From contig NC_043015.1 of assembly GCF_006345805.1 (NCBI RefSeq), forward strand, positions 41,044,001 through 41,108,000: a stretch of DNA of 64,000 nt. Reading direction: 5' to 3'. The notes beneath the pieces were generated by a model. It was not told where the DNA came from and did not search any database. It saw nothing but the letters and a program-made list of their open reading frames with translations. Positions 24,814 to 36,991 of this stretch are shown here, piece after piece (the stretch's first letter is position 1; the number at the start of each line of letters is the position of its first letter). Position numbers and translations under genes: made by a program. This stretch comes from Octopus sinensis (taxonomy: Eukaryota).

Positions 24814-25419
24814 CATGGCTGTGTGGTTAGGGAGCTTGCTTCCTAGCTACATGGTTTCGGGTTCAGTCCCACTGCGTGGCACTTTGGGTAGGTGTCTTCC
24901 ACTATAGCCCCGAGCCGACCGGAGCTTTGTGATTGAATTCGGTAGGTGGAAGTTACTGCCGTGTGTGTATATGTGTGTGTAGGTGCTTGTGCCTCTCCGA
25001 AAGAGAGAGAGAGAGGGATATATATACATCATCATCATTATCATTCATCGTTTAACATCCACTTTACATGCTAGCATGGGTTGGATGGTTTGACTGAGGA
25101 CTGGCAAACTAGATGTCTGCACCAGACTCCAATCTGATCTACCAAGCTTTCTACAGCTGGATGCCCTTCCTAACGCCAACCACTCCCAGAGTGTAGTGGG
25201 TGCTTTTTACATGCCACTGGCACAGGGCCCAGTCAGGTGACATTGGCATCGATATATATATATATAACAACATTCTGTCTATTTGCTCTATAGTCAGTAA
25301 AATTACTGTGCCAGTTCTTGCAAAAGCTAGATTCTGTTTGCACTTGCTGTAGCTGAAGAATTCCAAATGCCATGACTTATATGTAATGTAAATGTGCCCC
25401 TCTCTTCTTTTAATTGTAG

Positions 25420-25537
25420 GCTAAATTCACTCAAAGAACTGGAGATGTCTATGAAGGAAGATTTGAGAATAATGCTCTTCCTGATAATACTTTTGTCACA
25501 GGACTTCCGGCTCTTATTAATGAACAGGATAGTAAAT
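25420..25537 (+). CDS. RSPH10B: RSPH10B exon 8
   Basis: ttgtag|AKFTQRTGDVYEGRFENNALPDNTFVTGLPALINEQDSK|gtgagt, phase 1. Confidence 0.88.
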
Positions 25538-25563
25538 GTGAGTCTTTAATTGTAAATGCCCAC

Positions 25564-25609
<46 letters not shown>

Positions 25610-26113
25610 TTTCTCCTTCTCTCTCTCTCTCCCTTTCTCCTTCTCTCTCTCTCTCTTTCTCTTTCTATTTCTCTCTTTCTCTTTCTATTTCTCTCTTTTT
25701 CTTTCTATTTCTCTCTCTATTTCTCCCTCTTTCTCTGTTTCTCTCGCTCTCTCTCTCACTCTCCCTCTATTTCTATCTCTCTCTCTCTTTCTTTCCCACT
25801 CTCTCTCTCCCTCAAAACAAGAAAAATCATCATCATTATCCTCATCATTAACAACTCCTCTTCCACCCTTAATCTTCTTCTTCTTCTCCTCCTCCTCCTC
25901 CTTCCCTTCCCTCTACACTTGAATGTATAAATTTATTCAAATTTTCAAACTTTAATTCTAAATGCTTCAATTTTAAAATATTGTCAACAAGAAAAAGTAT
26001 AGACCCCCACGACCCTTTCCGAGTTCGATTTTAAGCAGTGACCTGAATGATAATAATAATAATAACATTAAAAGTACCTTAGGAATGAGAACCCAGGTTC
26101 AAAATTTCCTCAA

Positions 26114-26159
26114 GACACCTGATGAAGGCTGGAGGGTATATCAGCCGAAACGTCGTGTT
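26114..26159 (+). ncRNA. minimal type I hammerhead ribozyme motif (family 1, core intact)
   Basis: GACAC-CTGATGA-A-GGCTG(10 nt)CAGCC-GAA-ACGT-C-GTGTT: stem I, core, stem II, palindromic stem III, GUC cleavage triplet. Confidence 0.75.
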
Positions 26160-26225
26160 AACAACAAACAAGATGAGGACAAATATCCGTCAAATGTAAA
26201 TAATGTAAATAATGTTGTTTTGCAG

Positions 26226-26392
26226 CCCCAATGAGCTTCATTATGCATTTGACTTGCTCTGGTTCCTCAAATATCTCTGCAGCTCCCGAAAAAGAAGTGC
26301 ACATGAAAACAGTCGACAATAATTTCATGATGGACGTCAACAGCTTACTGAAAGGTGTCGAAGGTGTTAACCCCGAACGAGAACTTATACAG
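26226..26392 (+). CDS. RSPH10B: RSPH10B exon 9
   Basis: ttgcag|(S)PMSFIMHL...NFMMDVNSLLKGVEGVNPERELIQ|gtaatt. Confidence 0.85.
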
Positions 26393-26521
26393 GTAATTAA
26401 CATTACTCTTTTACTCTTTTAAGTCTTTTACTTGTTTCAGTCATTTGACTGTGGCCATGCTGGAGCACCGCCTTTAGTCGAGCTTTGTATGTGCATCTAA
26501 TGGACATATATACACACTGTG

Positions 26522-26566
<45 letters not shown>

Positions 26567-27001
26567 ACATATATGTGTGTGTGTACATATATGTGTGTGT
26601 GTGTGTATGTACATATATGTATGTGTGTGTGTATGTACATATATATATGTGTGTGTGTGTATATATGTATGTATGTATGTATATATGTATGTATGTATGT
26701 ATATATATGTATGTGTGTGCATGTATATAAATATGTGGTTGCAGTAATGGAGGTGAGGGTGATGGTATTTGTAGTAATGGTGATGACGATGGTGGTGGTA
26801 GTGGTGGCGGTGGTGGGGTGCAAAGAAGAGCAAGTCACTCTAAAATGTATTGCATCAACAGTCCACCAAAATCCATAGCAGCAACACTGCAATGTGTTGC
26901 AACTGGTAATTGCAATGTGCTGTACCTGGAGGTAATTCTGTTTTCTTTAATTTCCGTTTTGTATCGTTTGGCACCACTACACCTGCCATTGTTAATTACA
27001 G

Positions 27002-27188
27002 GTGAATAAGAACGTGTGGAGACACATAGGATTCTTGAAGAAGATCTACCTGTTTTATGCGAGTCTGGGCCAGGAACCAGCCATTGATAACGTCTACTTA
27101 ATGGATAATCTTCAGTTCTGGAGATTTCTAAAAGACTGTTGTTTGCATCATCATGGCTTTACCTTGATGGAAATGGATAGATTTCTTG
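27002..27188 (+). CDS. RSPH10B: RSPH10B exon 10
   Basis: ttacag|VNKNVWRHIGFLKKIYLFYASLG...QFWRFLKDCCLHHHGFTLMEMDRFL|gtgagt; FWRFLKDC is diagnostic of RSPH10B. Confidence 0.93.
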
Positions 27189-27233
27189 GTGAGTTCTTTG
27201 AGTTTTCTTTACCATTTTCAAATCAAGTGATAT

Positions 27234-27276
<43 letters not shown>

Positions 27277-27351
27277 ACAACAAGGCAGCAAGCTAGCAGA
27301 ATTGTTAGCACACCAGACGAAATACTTAGCAGCATTCCTTCTGGCTGGCAC

Positions 27352-27553
27352 CAGGTTCAATAGCCTATAATCTTTACCTGGCTCAAGTAGCCATATACCC
27401 TTCAGCAGGTTCAATAGCCACATAACCTTCAATAGGCTCAATAGCCTATAATCTTTACTAGGTTCAATAATCGTATAATCTTCACTAGGGTCAATAGACA
27501 GATATCTTTCATTAAGGTTCAGTAACTGATAATTTTTATCAGGGTCAATAGCC
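27352..27553 (-). repeat. 27-bp degenerate tandem repeat, about 8 units
   Basis: GCT ATT GA(A/C/G) CCT xxx (G/A)AA GAT TAT xxx on the minus strand. Confidence 0.75.
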
Positions 27554-28176
27554 GACAACCTTTAGAGTTTCTAATCAAATTATACTGTTTTAATTAAGTT
27601 TCAAAATATGCAAATTCTCCTTTTTATTATAATTTTTTTAAAATATTAGATTTAGAATTATGTGGAGTGGGTTTGAAAAGTCTGCAAATTTTTTTGCTTG
27701 TTCTATTTAGTTTTGTCATCGTCATCATCATCATCATCATCGTTTAACATCTGCTTTCCATGCTAGCATGGGTTGGACAATTGACTGAGGGCTGGCGAAC
27801 CAGATGGCTGCACCAGGCTTCAATCTTGATCTGGCAGAGTTTCTACAGCTGGATGCCCTTCCTAACGCCAACCACTCAGAGAGTGTAGTCAGTGCTTTTA
27901 CATGCCACTGGCATGGGGCCAGTCAGGCAGTACTGGCAACGACCTCACTCGAATCCTTTACACATGCCACTGGTACAAGTGTCAGTAAGACGATTCTGGT
28001 AACAATCACGCTCGAATGGTGCCTTTTAAGTGCCACTGGCATGGAAGCCGGTTAGCCACTCTGTCAATGATCACGCTCATATGGTGCTCTTTGCACCCTG
28101 CTAGCACGAACGCCAGTCATCGAATTTGATTTTTTGTAAATAATGATTTTGAATATTTTGGTTATATCAATGTTAT

Positions 28177-28792
28177 CTCACAACCAAGCTTTTCTAGTAC
28201 CCAGTTGTTTGTCCTTCTCTCTGTCCACGACACTCTAATGATTCTGCGGTAACACCACATTTCAAAAGCTCTCTCTCTTTTCTCGTCTGCCTTCAACATT
28301 GTCCACGACTCGCAGCCATACATCGCAATAGAGAAAGCGGCAGCCCAAAGTAGCCTTATCTTCAGCAGCATTGACACGCCACAACTCTTCCAAATGTTCC
28401 CTATATCTTGTACCGCTTGCATCGCTATTGCGAGCCTTCTCCGTATCTCTGGTGTACTTGATCCACTGGTGCTGATTGTGGATCCCAAGGACACAAAATC
28501 ATCCATTTCCTGAATCATCTCTCCGTCCACGGTGAAGTCACCTTGGTCTGTCCTGTATATATCCACCACCAAGACCATGCGTCGGGATGGACTTCAGCGA
28601 ACGATCATAACTGGCAAGGGGAACAGCAGATGTAAAAGAGGCAGACCACCCCCACTTCTTGGCTGAAAGACATCGCAACCACAGGATTGTCCTTATTCTC
28701 GGCTGTCCATGGGGCAGAGGACAGGAGAAGGTGGCAAGACATCGTGATGACCACAGCATCGCATAGTGCGACACCTGACTAGGATGATGATG
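28177..28792. mobile_element. RTE-clade LINE fragment with 5' inversion
   Basis: Minus-strand segment FTVDGE...YGCESWT...AFEMWCYRRIIRVSWTERRTN...LEKLG; plus-strand 3' end MRRDGL..RGRP..WLKDI..EDRRRW followed by (GAT)n; 11-bp TSD ATCAATGTTAT. Confidence 0.85.
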
Positions 28793-29171
28793 ATCAATGT
28801 TATATCTGAATGTGAGATGGGTTGAATAGGTTTACAATTTTATAATTTTTTTAAGCACCAATCGATTGTGGCTGTTGCCAGCCTCGCCTGGCACCTGTGC
28901 CAGTGGCATGTAAAAAGCACCCACTACACTCACGGAGTGGTTGGCGTTAGGAAGGGCATCCAGCCATAGAAACACTGCCAGATCAGACTGGAGCCTGGTG
29001 CAGCCCCCTAGCTTCACAGACCCTGGTCAAACCGTCCAACCCATGCTAGCACGGAAAACGGACATTAAACGATGATGATAATGATGATGATAAAAAAGAT
29101 ATTGTATATAACTTTTTGTTTTTCCATCATTTCATCTTATGCCATTCATTGGGTAATTCTTTCTTTCCCAG

Positions 29172-29304
29172 GGAATCATGAAAAAGTAGCCAGCCTCCAC
29201 GACCCCTTTGGTAAGCTACTGCTGCGGGAATTTATAGCGAGCCTTGTGGTTTTGGCCTACAAAGCATACGGCGCACAATACGAGGAGGCAAAGGCACACT
29301 TAAA
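29172..29304 (+). CDS. RSPH10B: RSPH10B exon 11
   Basis: tcccag|(G)NHEKVASLHDPFGKLLLREFIASLVVLAYKAYGAQYEEAKAHL(K)|gtaggt. Confidence 0.9.
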
Positions 29305-30108
29305 GTAGGTCACATCATCTTTATCATCATCAATATCTACACACGCACACACTGCCACCACTACCACCTACTTCTTTCACATACAGCCAGGTGGTTACTC
29401 TCTTTTACTTGTTTCAGTCATTTGACTACAGCCATGCTGGAGCTCCGCTTTTAGTCAAGCAAATCAACCCCCAGGACTTGCTCTTTTTAAGCCTAGCACT
29501 TATTCTATCGGTCTCTTTTGCTGAACCGCTAAGTTATGGGGATGTAAACACACCAGCATCGGTTGTCAAATGATGTTGGGGGGACAAACACAGACACACA
29601 AACACATATATATATACTTATACATATATACGATGGGCTTCTTTCAGTTTCCGTCTACCAAATCCACTCACAAGGCTCTGGTCAGCCTGAGACTATAGTT
29701 GAAGACACTTGCCGAAGGTGCCACGCAGTGGGACTGAACCCTGAACCATGTGGTTGGTAAGCAAGCTACTTGCCACACAGCCATATATATATATATATGG
29801 CATTGTGCAACAAAATGGTTCATATTTGGTTGATTAAAAATGTAATGGCATGTATTTATTGACCTTTTTCTTTCCTTTAAAAATCGGCATGAACTTTCTG
29901 GACAACCCAATATTATGTATGTATGCATGTATGTATGTATTAAAGGTGAAAGGATGACTTGAGAGCCTACTACGGGCCCCTAGAAGGCTGAAATTATATT
30001 TATTCCAACAAATTACAGAACTTTTGATGAATTTTTAGATTTTGTGACATGTCAGTTAAAAAAAGGGGAAAAAACTGAGTCCAAATGTTTCACTTTCCAT
30101 TCATCCAG

Positions 30109-30188
30109 GTACCATTTTCTTCTGCTGGATTGGTGTTTCAATCAGCTTCTCAAAAACAACATCTACCCCAATGTGTTCACTGTTAAAG
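30109..30188 (+). CDS. RSPH10B: RSPH10B exon 12
   Basis: atccag|YHFLLLDWCFNQLLKNNIYPNVFTVK|gtaagc. Confidence 0.88.
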
Positions 30189-30626
30189 GTAAGCAATCAA
30201 CAGATTGAAACCATCTTGTTGTTGTTATTTGTTTTTCTTTCTTCTCTTTCAAAAGAACTTAAGCTCATCAAGAGAACCTAACCCCAAGATTCTTGTGAAT
30301 TCATGTGTTACTGTTATTTCCTGGGAGGGTCATTATGTCAGTAATGAACACACCCACTGGTTGTATTTCACTTCTTTATTCGCCAACTAGTTAACCACTT
30401 AACATCATCATCATTTAACATCCGCTTTCCCTGCTAGCATGGGTTGGACGATTTGACTGAGGTCTGGCAAACCAGATGGCTGCACCAGACTCCAATCTGA
30501 TCTGGCAGAGTTTCTATAGCTGGAAGCCCTTCCTAATGCCAACCACTCTGAGAGTTTAGTGGGTGCTTTTATGTGCCACCGGCATGAGGGCCAGAGAGGT
30601 GGTACTGGCAATGGTCACGCTCAAAT

Positions 30627-30856
30627 GGCGGCGAGCTGGCAGAATCGTTAGCACGTCGGGCGAAATGCTTAGCGGTATTTCGGCTGCTGTTACGTTGTGA
30701 GTTCAAATTCCGCCGAGGTCGACTTTGCCTTTCATCCTTTCGGGGTCGATAAATTAAGTACCAGTTACGTACTGGGTCGATATAATCGACTTAATACCTA
30801 TGTCTGTCCATGTTTGTCCCCTCTATGTTTAGCCCCTTGTGGGTAATAAAGAAATA
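30627..30856 (+). mobile_element. tRNA-derived SINE family C nested in a family B element
   Basis: GGCGGCGAGCTGGCAGAATCG..GAGTTCAAATTCC..GCCTTTCATCCTTTCGGGGTCGATAAA; 14-bp TSD GGTCA(C/T)GCTCAAAT; other copies near 11480, 23705, 41150 and 48600. Confidence 0.8.
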
Positions 30857-31109
30857 GGTCATGCTCAAATGGTGCTTTTTATGTGCCACTTGCACAGGAG
30901 CCAGTCCAGCTGCACTGGCAAACCAATCAACTAATTGAATTTTGGATTAATCATTTGATCAATGAGTCGTTCAGGTTTATCAAAGTCTTATTTTGTCCCC
31001 ATTTTGAACCCCATCAATGACAGGTTCTTTCCTTGTGTTGAAGGATGCAGTTGCTTACATTTGTTTCAAGATGCTACAGTGCTTTGAGTTATGTTTTCTT
31101 TCACTGCAG

Positions 31110-31204
31110 GCCATATCTTCACAGAAGTCCGCAGAGCCATGAACATAATGGAACACATCCAAGAGGTCTACAAAATCTACACTGCCATTTGCAAACCACG
31201 AAAG
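31110..31204 (+). CDS. RSPH10B: RSPH10B exon 13
   Basis: ctgcag|(G)HIFTEVRRAMNIMEHIQEVYKIYTAICKPRK|gtgacc. Confidence 0.85.
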
Positions 31205-31424
31205 GTGACCAGACAGTTTTTTTTTAATAAAAAATTTCCAGCACCAAGAGTACCTACAGTCCACCCATCAATGTATTTGTCAATGTTTGACACGTAGAAG
31301 ATATAAAATATTGAATCTCAAAATGTTATTTTCTTGTCGGTCACAATAATATTTGAGGTTTAAAATTTCTAACTGCTAAATACTTTATCTCTCTCTCTTT
31401 TTCTCTCTATCTCTTACTTCAACA

Positions 31425-32010
31425 AGATAGGAGTGGCTGTGTGGTAAGTAGCTTGTTTACCAACCACATGGTTCCGGGTTCAGTCTCACTGCGTGGCACC
31501 TTGGGTAACTGTCTTCCACTATAGCCTCGGGCCGACCAAAGCCTTGTGAGTGGATTTGGTAGACGGAAACTGAAAGAAGCCTGTCGTATATATGTATATA
31601 TATATAGGCACAGGAGTGGCTGTGTGGTAAGTAGCTTGCTAACCAACCACATGGTTCCGGGTTCAGTCTCACTGCGTGGCATCATGGGCAACTGTCTTCC
31701 ACTATAGCCTCGGGCCGACCAAAGCCTTGTGAGTGGATTTCGTAGACGGAAACTGAAAGAAGCCTGTCGTATATATGTATATATATATATATATGCGTGT
31801 GTGTGTTTGTGTGTCTGTGTTTGTCCCCCTAACATTGCTTGACAACCGATGCTGGTGTGTTTATGTCCCTGTCACTTAGTGGTTTGGCAAAAGAGACCAA
31901 TAGAATAAGTACTGGGCTTACAAAGAATAAGTCCTGGGGTCGATTTGCTCGACTAAAGGCGGTGCTCCAGCATGGCCGCAGTCAAATGACTGAAACAAGT
32001 AAAGGAGTAA
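31425..32010 (+). mobile_element. SINE family A, double-head copy
   Basis: head-(TA)n-head-(TA)n-body. Confidence 0.8.
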
Positions 32011-32455
32011 GTCATTCCCCTTTTCATGTTCTTATTTCTCTCTTTCTCTTTCTCCTTTCACTTCCATTAACCACATGACAGTGTAATACATCAGCTGGCA
32101 CAGCATCACCATCCTCATCTCTCATCCTTAATAAAACTACCATTCCTTCTCTCACTCTCTTTCTATCTGCATTTCTTTAACCTCACCACCAGAACATCTT
32201 CTAGACATTGTATTTCTCACTCTTTTTCTCTATATCTCTCCCTTCCATTAACTTTTTAAGCCTGTAATAACTATTATTTTCCTCCTACCTCATGTCATTA
32301 ACACTTCTGTCTCACTCTCTTTCTCTCGCTCTTCACCTCTCCCTTCAGATTACCATGTAACAGCATAACACATTCTGCCTTAGCATATCTTTATATATAG
32401 AAACAAGTACATTATTTACATTTGATGGATATTTGTCCTCATCTTGTTTGTTGTT

Positions 32456-32501
32456 AACACAACATTTCGGCTGATATACCCTCCAGCCTTCATCAGGTAT
32501 C
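32456..32501 (-). ncRNA. hammerhead motif family 1, stem III-mutated copy
   Basis: GATAC-CTGATGA-A-GGCTG..CAGCC-GAA-ATGT-T-GTGTT. Confidence 0.6.
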
Positions 32502-33339
32502 TTGGGGGAAATTTCGAACCTGGGTTCTCATTCCTAAGGTATTTTTCGATATTATTATTGTTGTGTGTTGTTGTTGTTATTCAGGTCACTGCCTGTAATC
32601 AAACTCAGAATCTTTGGATTAGCAGCCTGCACTCTTAACCACTATGCCATATGCCCAAAATATTGTGTTAACAACAATCATGATGAGGACAAACATCCGT
32701 CAAATGTAAATAATGTAAATAATGTACATGATTCCTCATCTCTTAAACATAGAACTGTATAGAAACAAGGCCTGAAATTTGAGTGGTTGGGGCTAGTCAA
32801 TTACATTGACTCCTGGGCTGGCCTGATCCTTATTTCATCAACCCCAAAAGGATGAAAGGCAAAGTCAGCCTTGAAGAAATTTGAACTCAGCACCATTTCG
32901 TCAAATGTGTTGATGGCTCTGCCACCTCACCACCTTAAAAATGATGATAAAAGCACCATCCGAACGTGGCCGATGCCAGCGCCACCTTGGCTGGCTTCCG
33001 TGCCAGTGGCACATTAAAATCACCAACCGATCGTGGCCGATGCCAGACTCCCCTGACACCTGTGCAGGTGACACGTAAAAAGCACCCACTACACTCGCGG
33101 AGTGGTTGGCGTTAGGAAGGGCATCCAGCTGTAGAAACACTGCCAGATCAGACTGGAGTCTGGTGCAGCCTTCTGGCTTGCAAGTCCTCAGTCAAACCGT
33201 CCAACCCATGCCAGCATGGAAAACGGACGTTAAACGATGATGATGATGATGATGATGACGACGACAAATTGTCAGGTGAAAATGTGTTAACTAGTTCAAT
33301 GTACTGACTGTTTTCCTTCATTCATTCTGTCTTTCACAG

Positions 33340-33393
33340 TTACCTCCCCATGATGCTTCCATGAAGATGAGAGATTGTTTAGTCATACTCAAG
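33340..33393 (+). CDS. RSPH10B: RSPH10B exon 14
   Basis: tcacag|LPPHDASMKMRDCLVILK|gtaaac. Confidence 0.88.
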
Positions 33394-33502
33394 GTAAACT
33401 AAAACATCTTTTGTATTTTAAAAGCGTGTGTGTGTGTGTGTATGCTTGCATATTTCTCGGGGTTTTTTTCTGCATGCAGAGGCATATATGCATATCTATA
33501 GA

Positions 33503-33729
33503 TAATAATAATAATAATAGTAATAGTAATAATAATAATAACAATAACAATAATAATAATAATAATAATAATAATAATCATCATCATCATAATAATAATA
33601 ATAACAATAATAATAATAATAACAACAATAACAATAATAATAATAATAATAATGATAATAATAATGATAATAATAATAACAATAATAATAATAATAACAA
33701 CAATAACAATAATAATAATAATAATAATG

Positions 33730-33761
<32 letters not shown>

Positions 33762-33915
33762 CATCATAATAATAATCATCATAATAATAATCATAATCAT
33801 CATCATAATAATCATAATCATAATAATAATCATAATCATCATAATAATAATAATCATAATAATAATCATAATCATAATCATAATCATCATAATAATAATA
33901 ATAATAATTATAATA
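33503..33915 (+). repeat. (AAT)n/(CAT)n compound microsatellite
   Basis: Direct reading. Confidence 0.95.
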
Positions 33916-34472
33916 AATGCCCTGATGCAGTACCAGATAGTGGCTCTCATGGCTTCTGATCTTAACTGATTGGAAGTGTTATCATGTACATTGTTTTGTC
34001 TTGGTATAAAAGATGGGCTACAGCAAATATTCTGCTCAATACCACAGATTTGCTTGTCAGTTGTTTAACCATAACCAGTTGACCATGTCCCTTAGTGGCT
34101 GATGATATGTGCATCTCTGATCACGAGCAGAAGTAGTTGGGGAGCATCATAGCCATGTGTTGAAAGGAATTCTTTGGGGTTTGAATAATTCACCTCTGGA
34201 AACATGGGTGGTTCATTCAACATCCTTAAACAACCCTTATTCAGGGACCTTTTGAGTGGGATGGGCTACTCGACCAGAGGAAAATTCTAACTGGGCCCCA
34301 CCTGCAAGGTCATGTGCTGTTTATTTTGATAATAGATCACCATTTTGTGCACATATGGTTGTGATGCATGTGCCTAGTGTACCCTTATCAGACGGGTAGT
34401 CATGATGGGTATACTGGACTTCGTATATTTTACCCCAGTGTCACTTTGATGGCATGCACTGCTCTCTCACTC

Positions 34473-34509
<37 letters not shown>

Positions 34510-34867
34510 AGTTGCATATAACTGTGCATGTATTGCAAGCTACATGATGATTTTACTTGTGCTGGTGCCATGATAATAAAAGGACTCAATACACCGTATT
34601 CCGTAAAGTGGTAGATATTAAGAAGGCCATCCAGCTGTAGAAACCATATCAAAGCAAACATTGGTGTGCTGTGCACTCCTCCAATCCACTGGATGCTGCC
34701 AAACCATCAAACTCATGCTAGCAAAGAAGACAGACATTAAAAGCAGACAATGGTTTGTTTTCTTCTTCTTCTCTTCCTCTCCCTCTTGTGCCTCCCCCTT
34801 CTCCTCTCATCGTCTTCATCCGAATTTTGTTTTATATGTTAACCAATGTGTCTTTCTCTACGAAAAG

Positions 34868-34975
34868 GACTTAAACCTGATCAATGAGAACCTCACTGCC
34901 AAAGCTGCCATTGATGTTTTGGCTGTAGATGATCCCAATGTTATCGTTGATGGTGACTACAACTTGGAGATGGAG
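34868..34975 (+). CDS. RSPH10B: RSPH10B exon 15
   Basis: tacgaaaag|DLNLINENLTAKAAIDVLAVDDPNVIVDGDYNLEME|gtaaga; purine-rich AAG acceptor. Confidence 0.85.
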
Positions 34976-35055
34976 GTAAGAACATTCGACCTCCAGTTTT
35001 ATTTAATTCATCACCATACACAAGCTTAACAAATGCATATACCATATATATACAT

Positions 35056-35107
<52 letters not shown>

Positions 35108-35453
35108 GGTATATGTATATACACACATACATATACTACACACATACACATACATATATATAGTTTATTTGTAAGTTAACAAGGCAACCAATTGTTTCAC
35201 GTGAAGAGATTTTCACAATTGTTCAAGTGTGCCACATGGAAGTGTTGGTATTCATCTTCATTATTATATATAGCATCATCATTATTATCAACATTATACA
35301 AAATACTTTTTCTTACACTCAAACCAAATTCATGCATTGGAGCCTCTTGTCAGAATATTTGTATGGGCTTATTGAGTTCAAGAAGAGGTGGTCTTACTTG
35401 GTCACAAGTTGACTTCTTATATATACATACCTCTCCTTGTTTTTTTCTGTGTA

Positions 35454-35491
35454 TCTTTCTGTCGAAGAGCGTAGGCTCGAAACGTAAAAGA
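35454..35491 (+). ncRNA. hammerhead-like motif family 2 (U at core position 6)
   Basis: TCTTT-CTGTCGA-A-GAGC(GTAG)GCTC-GAA-ACGT-A-AAAGA. Confidence 0.6.
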
Positions 35492-36258
35492 CTTGTTCTA
35501 CTTCTATTCCTGAGTGCCATACTAATACATTTGTTTGTTTGTACTCCACCTGCCTTCGTCTTTTGTTTATTTTCGTAAACCTTCCCGTTATATATATATA
35601 TATATATATACACACTTGTGTCGGTGGCACATAAAAACACCATCCGAGCGTGGCCATCTGCCAGCCTCGTCTGGCACCTGTGTCGGTGGCACATAAAATC
35701 ACCCACTACACTCTCGGAGTGGTTGGCGTTAGGAAGGGCATCCAGCTGTAGAAACACTGCCAGATCTGACTGGCCTGGTGCAGCCTTCGGGCTCCCCAGA
35801 CTCCAGTTGAACCGTCCAACCCATGCTAGCATGGAAAGCAGACGTTAAATGAGGATGATGATATATATATAGATAGATAGGTTTAAGAAACAGAATCACC
35901 CTCAAGCAACTCAATCATCATTGAACGACATTATCCACGATAGGTACATGTAGGACTAAATATTAAAATTATCAAAATTAATAAGAATTGAAGGTATTAA
36001 GTTTGCTGTGATTTTACACTGACTATGTCCACCTTCAGAAGGACCCACAATACAGCCTCTTTGAAATCCATACAGTTCCAAGGCTTCTTTTGTACATGGC
36101 ATGATTAAACAGTCACGTATAGAACCTAAAACATAAAAATGTCAATTAGCAAAAAATATAAACCTTTACAAGTTAGAATAAACGTAAAACAATGTTTTAT
36201 GGAATGTAAAGTATTGTAGCGGTCTCTGATATCCTCACTGTTTGAGAGACACGGCAGG

Positions 36259-36448
36259 AATGATCTCGTTTGAGATAACAGCCATCTTTGGCCGAGTTTA
36301 TTCCTGTTGTAACCACTGACCTGATTGGTTGACATGTGGCGCGAAGTAAGTAGGTAGACAGACCGCGCTTAGATGCTAACCAATCAAAATAGTGGACACA
36401 ACAGGGTTAAACTAGCCAAAGATGTTTGTAATCTCAAACAAGATCATT
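36259..36448. mobile_element. foldback/MITE-like element
   Basis: About 75-bp imperfect inverted arms AATGATCTCGTTTGAGAT... / ...ATCTCAAACAAGATCATT, each with a CCAAT. Confidence 0.55.
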
Positions 36449-36991
36449 CTTAATATTTTTCTCAAACAGTGAAGATAGCAATGAAGAAAACAATATTGCT
36501 ACAGATAATAGCCATCTCGATATGGCTAACCACAAAGGGGGGGTGGTGTTACTGTAGCTTTTTAGCCCCAGGAGATCATCGTCTCCAGCTGGCTTTAGGC
36601 ACACTATCTGTGCCCTTATGGTATTTGCAAAGGGAAGCCATCCCTTTCTTGTAAGCCTAAGTGATGCGCACCGGACTGGCAGTTTCGAGGTTGTTGCCTC
36701 TTGTCAACGGGTGGTAATCACCGGATCACGATGAAAGGGAAAGCCTGTATGCAAATATATAAGAGTTTTTCTAGTGACTTCCATCACTGATTTCGAACAA
36801 CTGTCTGCAAGCATTATTAAATCTCAGAACGAGATGTAAACAGTAATCGCTCGACAATGTAAAGTATAATAGCCATCTCGATATGGCTAACCACAAAGGG
36901 GTGTCTATTTATTTCTGTCATATCTGTGTATACATACATATGAAAGAACATGGCCTAGGGGTTAAGGTGATGCACCACTTATGGTTGTGAG

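Noticed and set aside
33375-33969. Poly-Asn/poly-Ile ORFs
   Set aside because: (AAT)n microsatellite in RSPH10B intron 14
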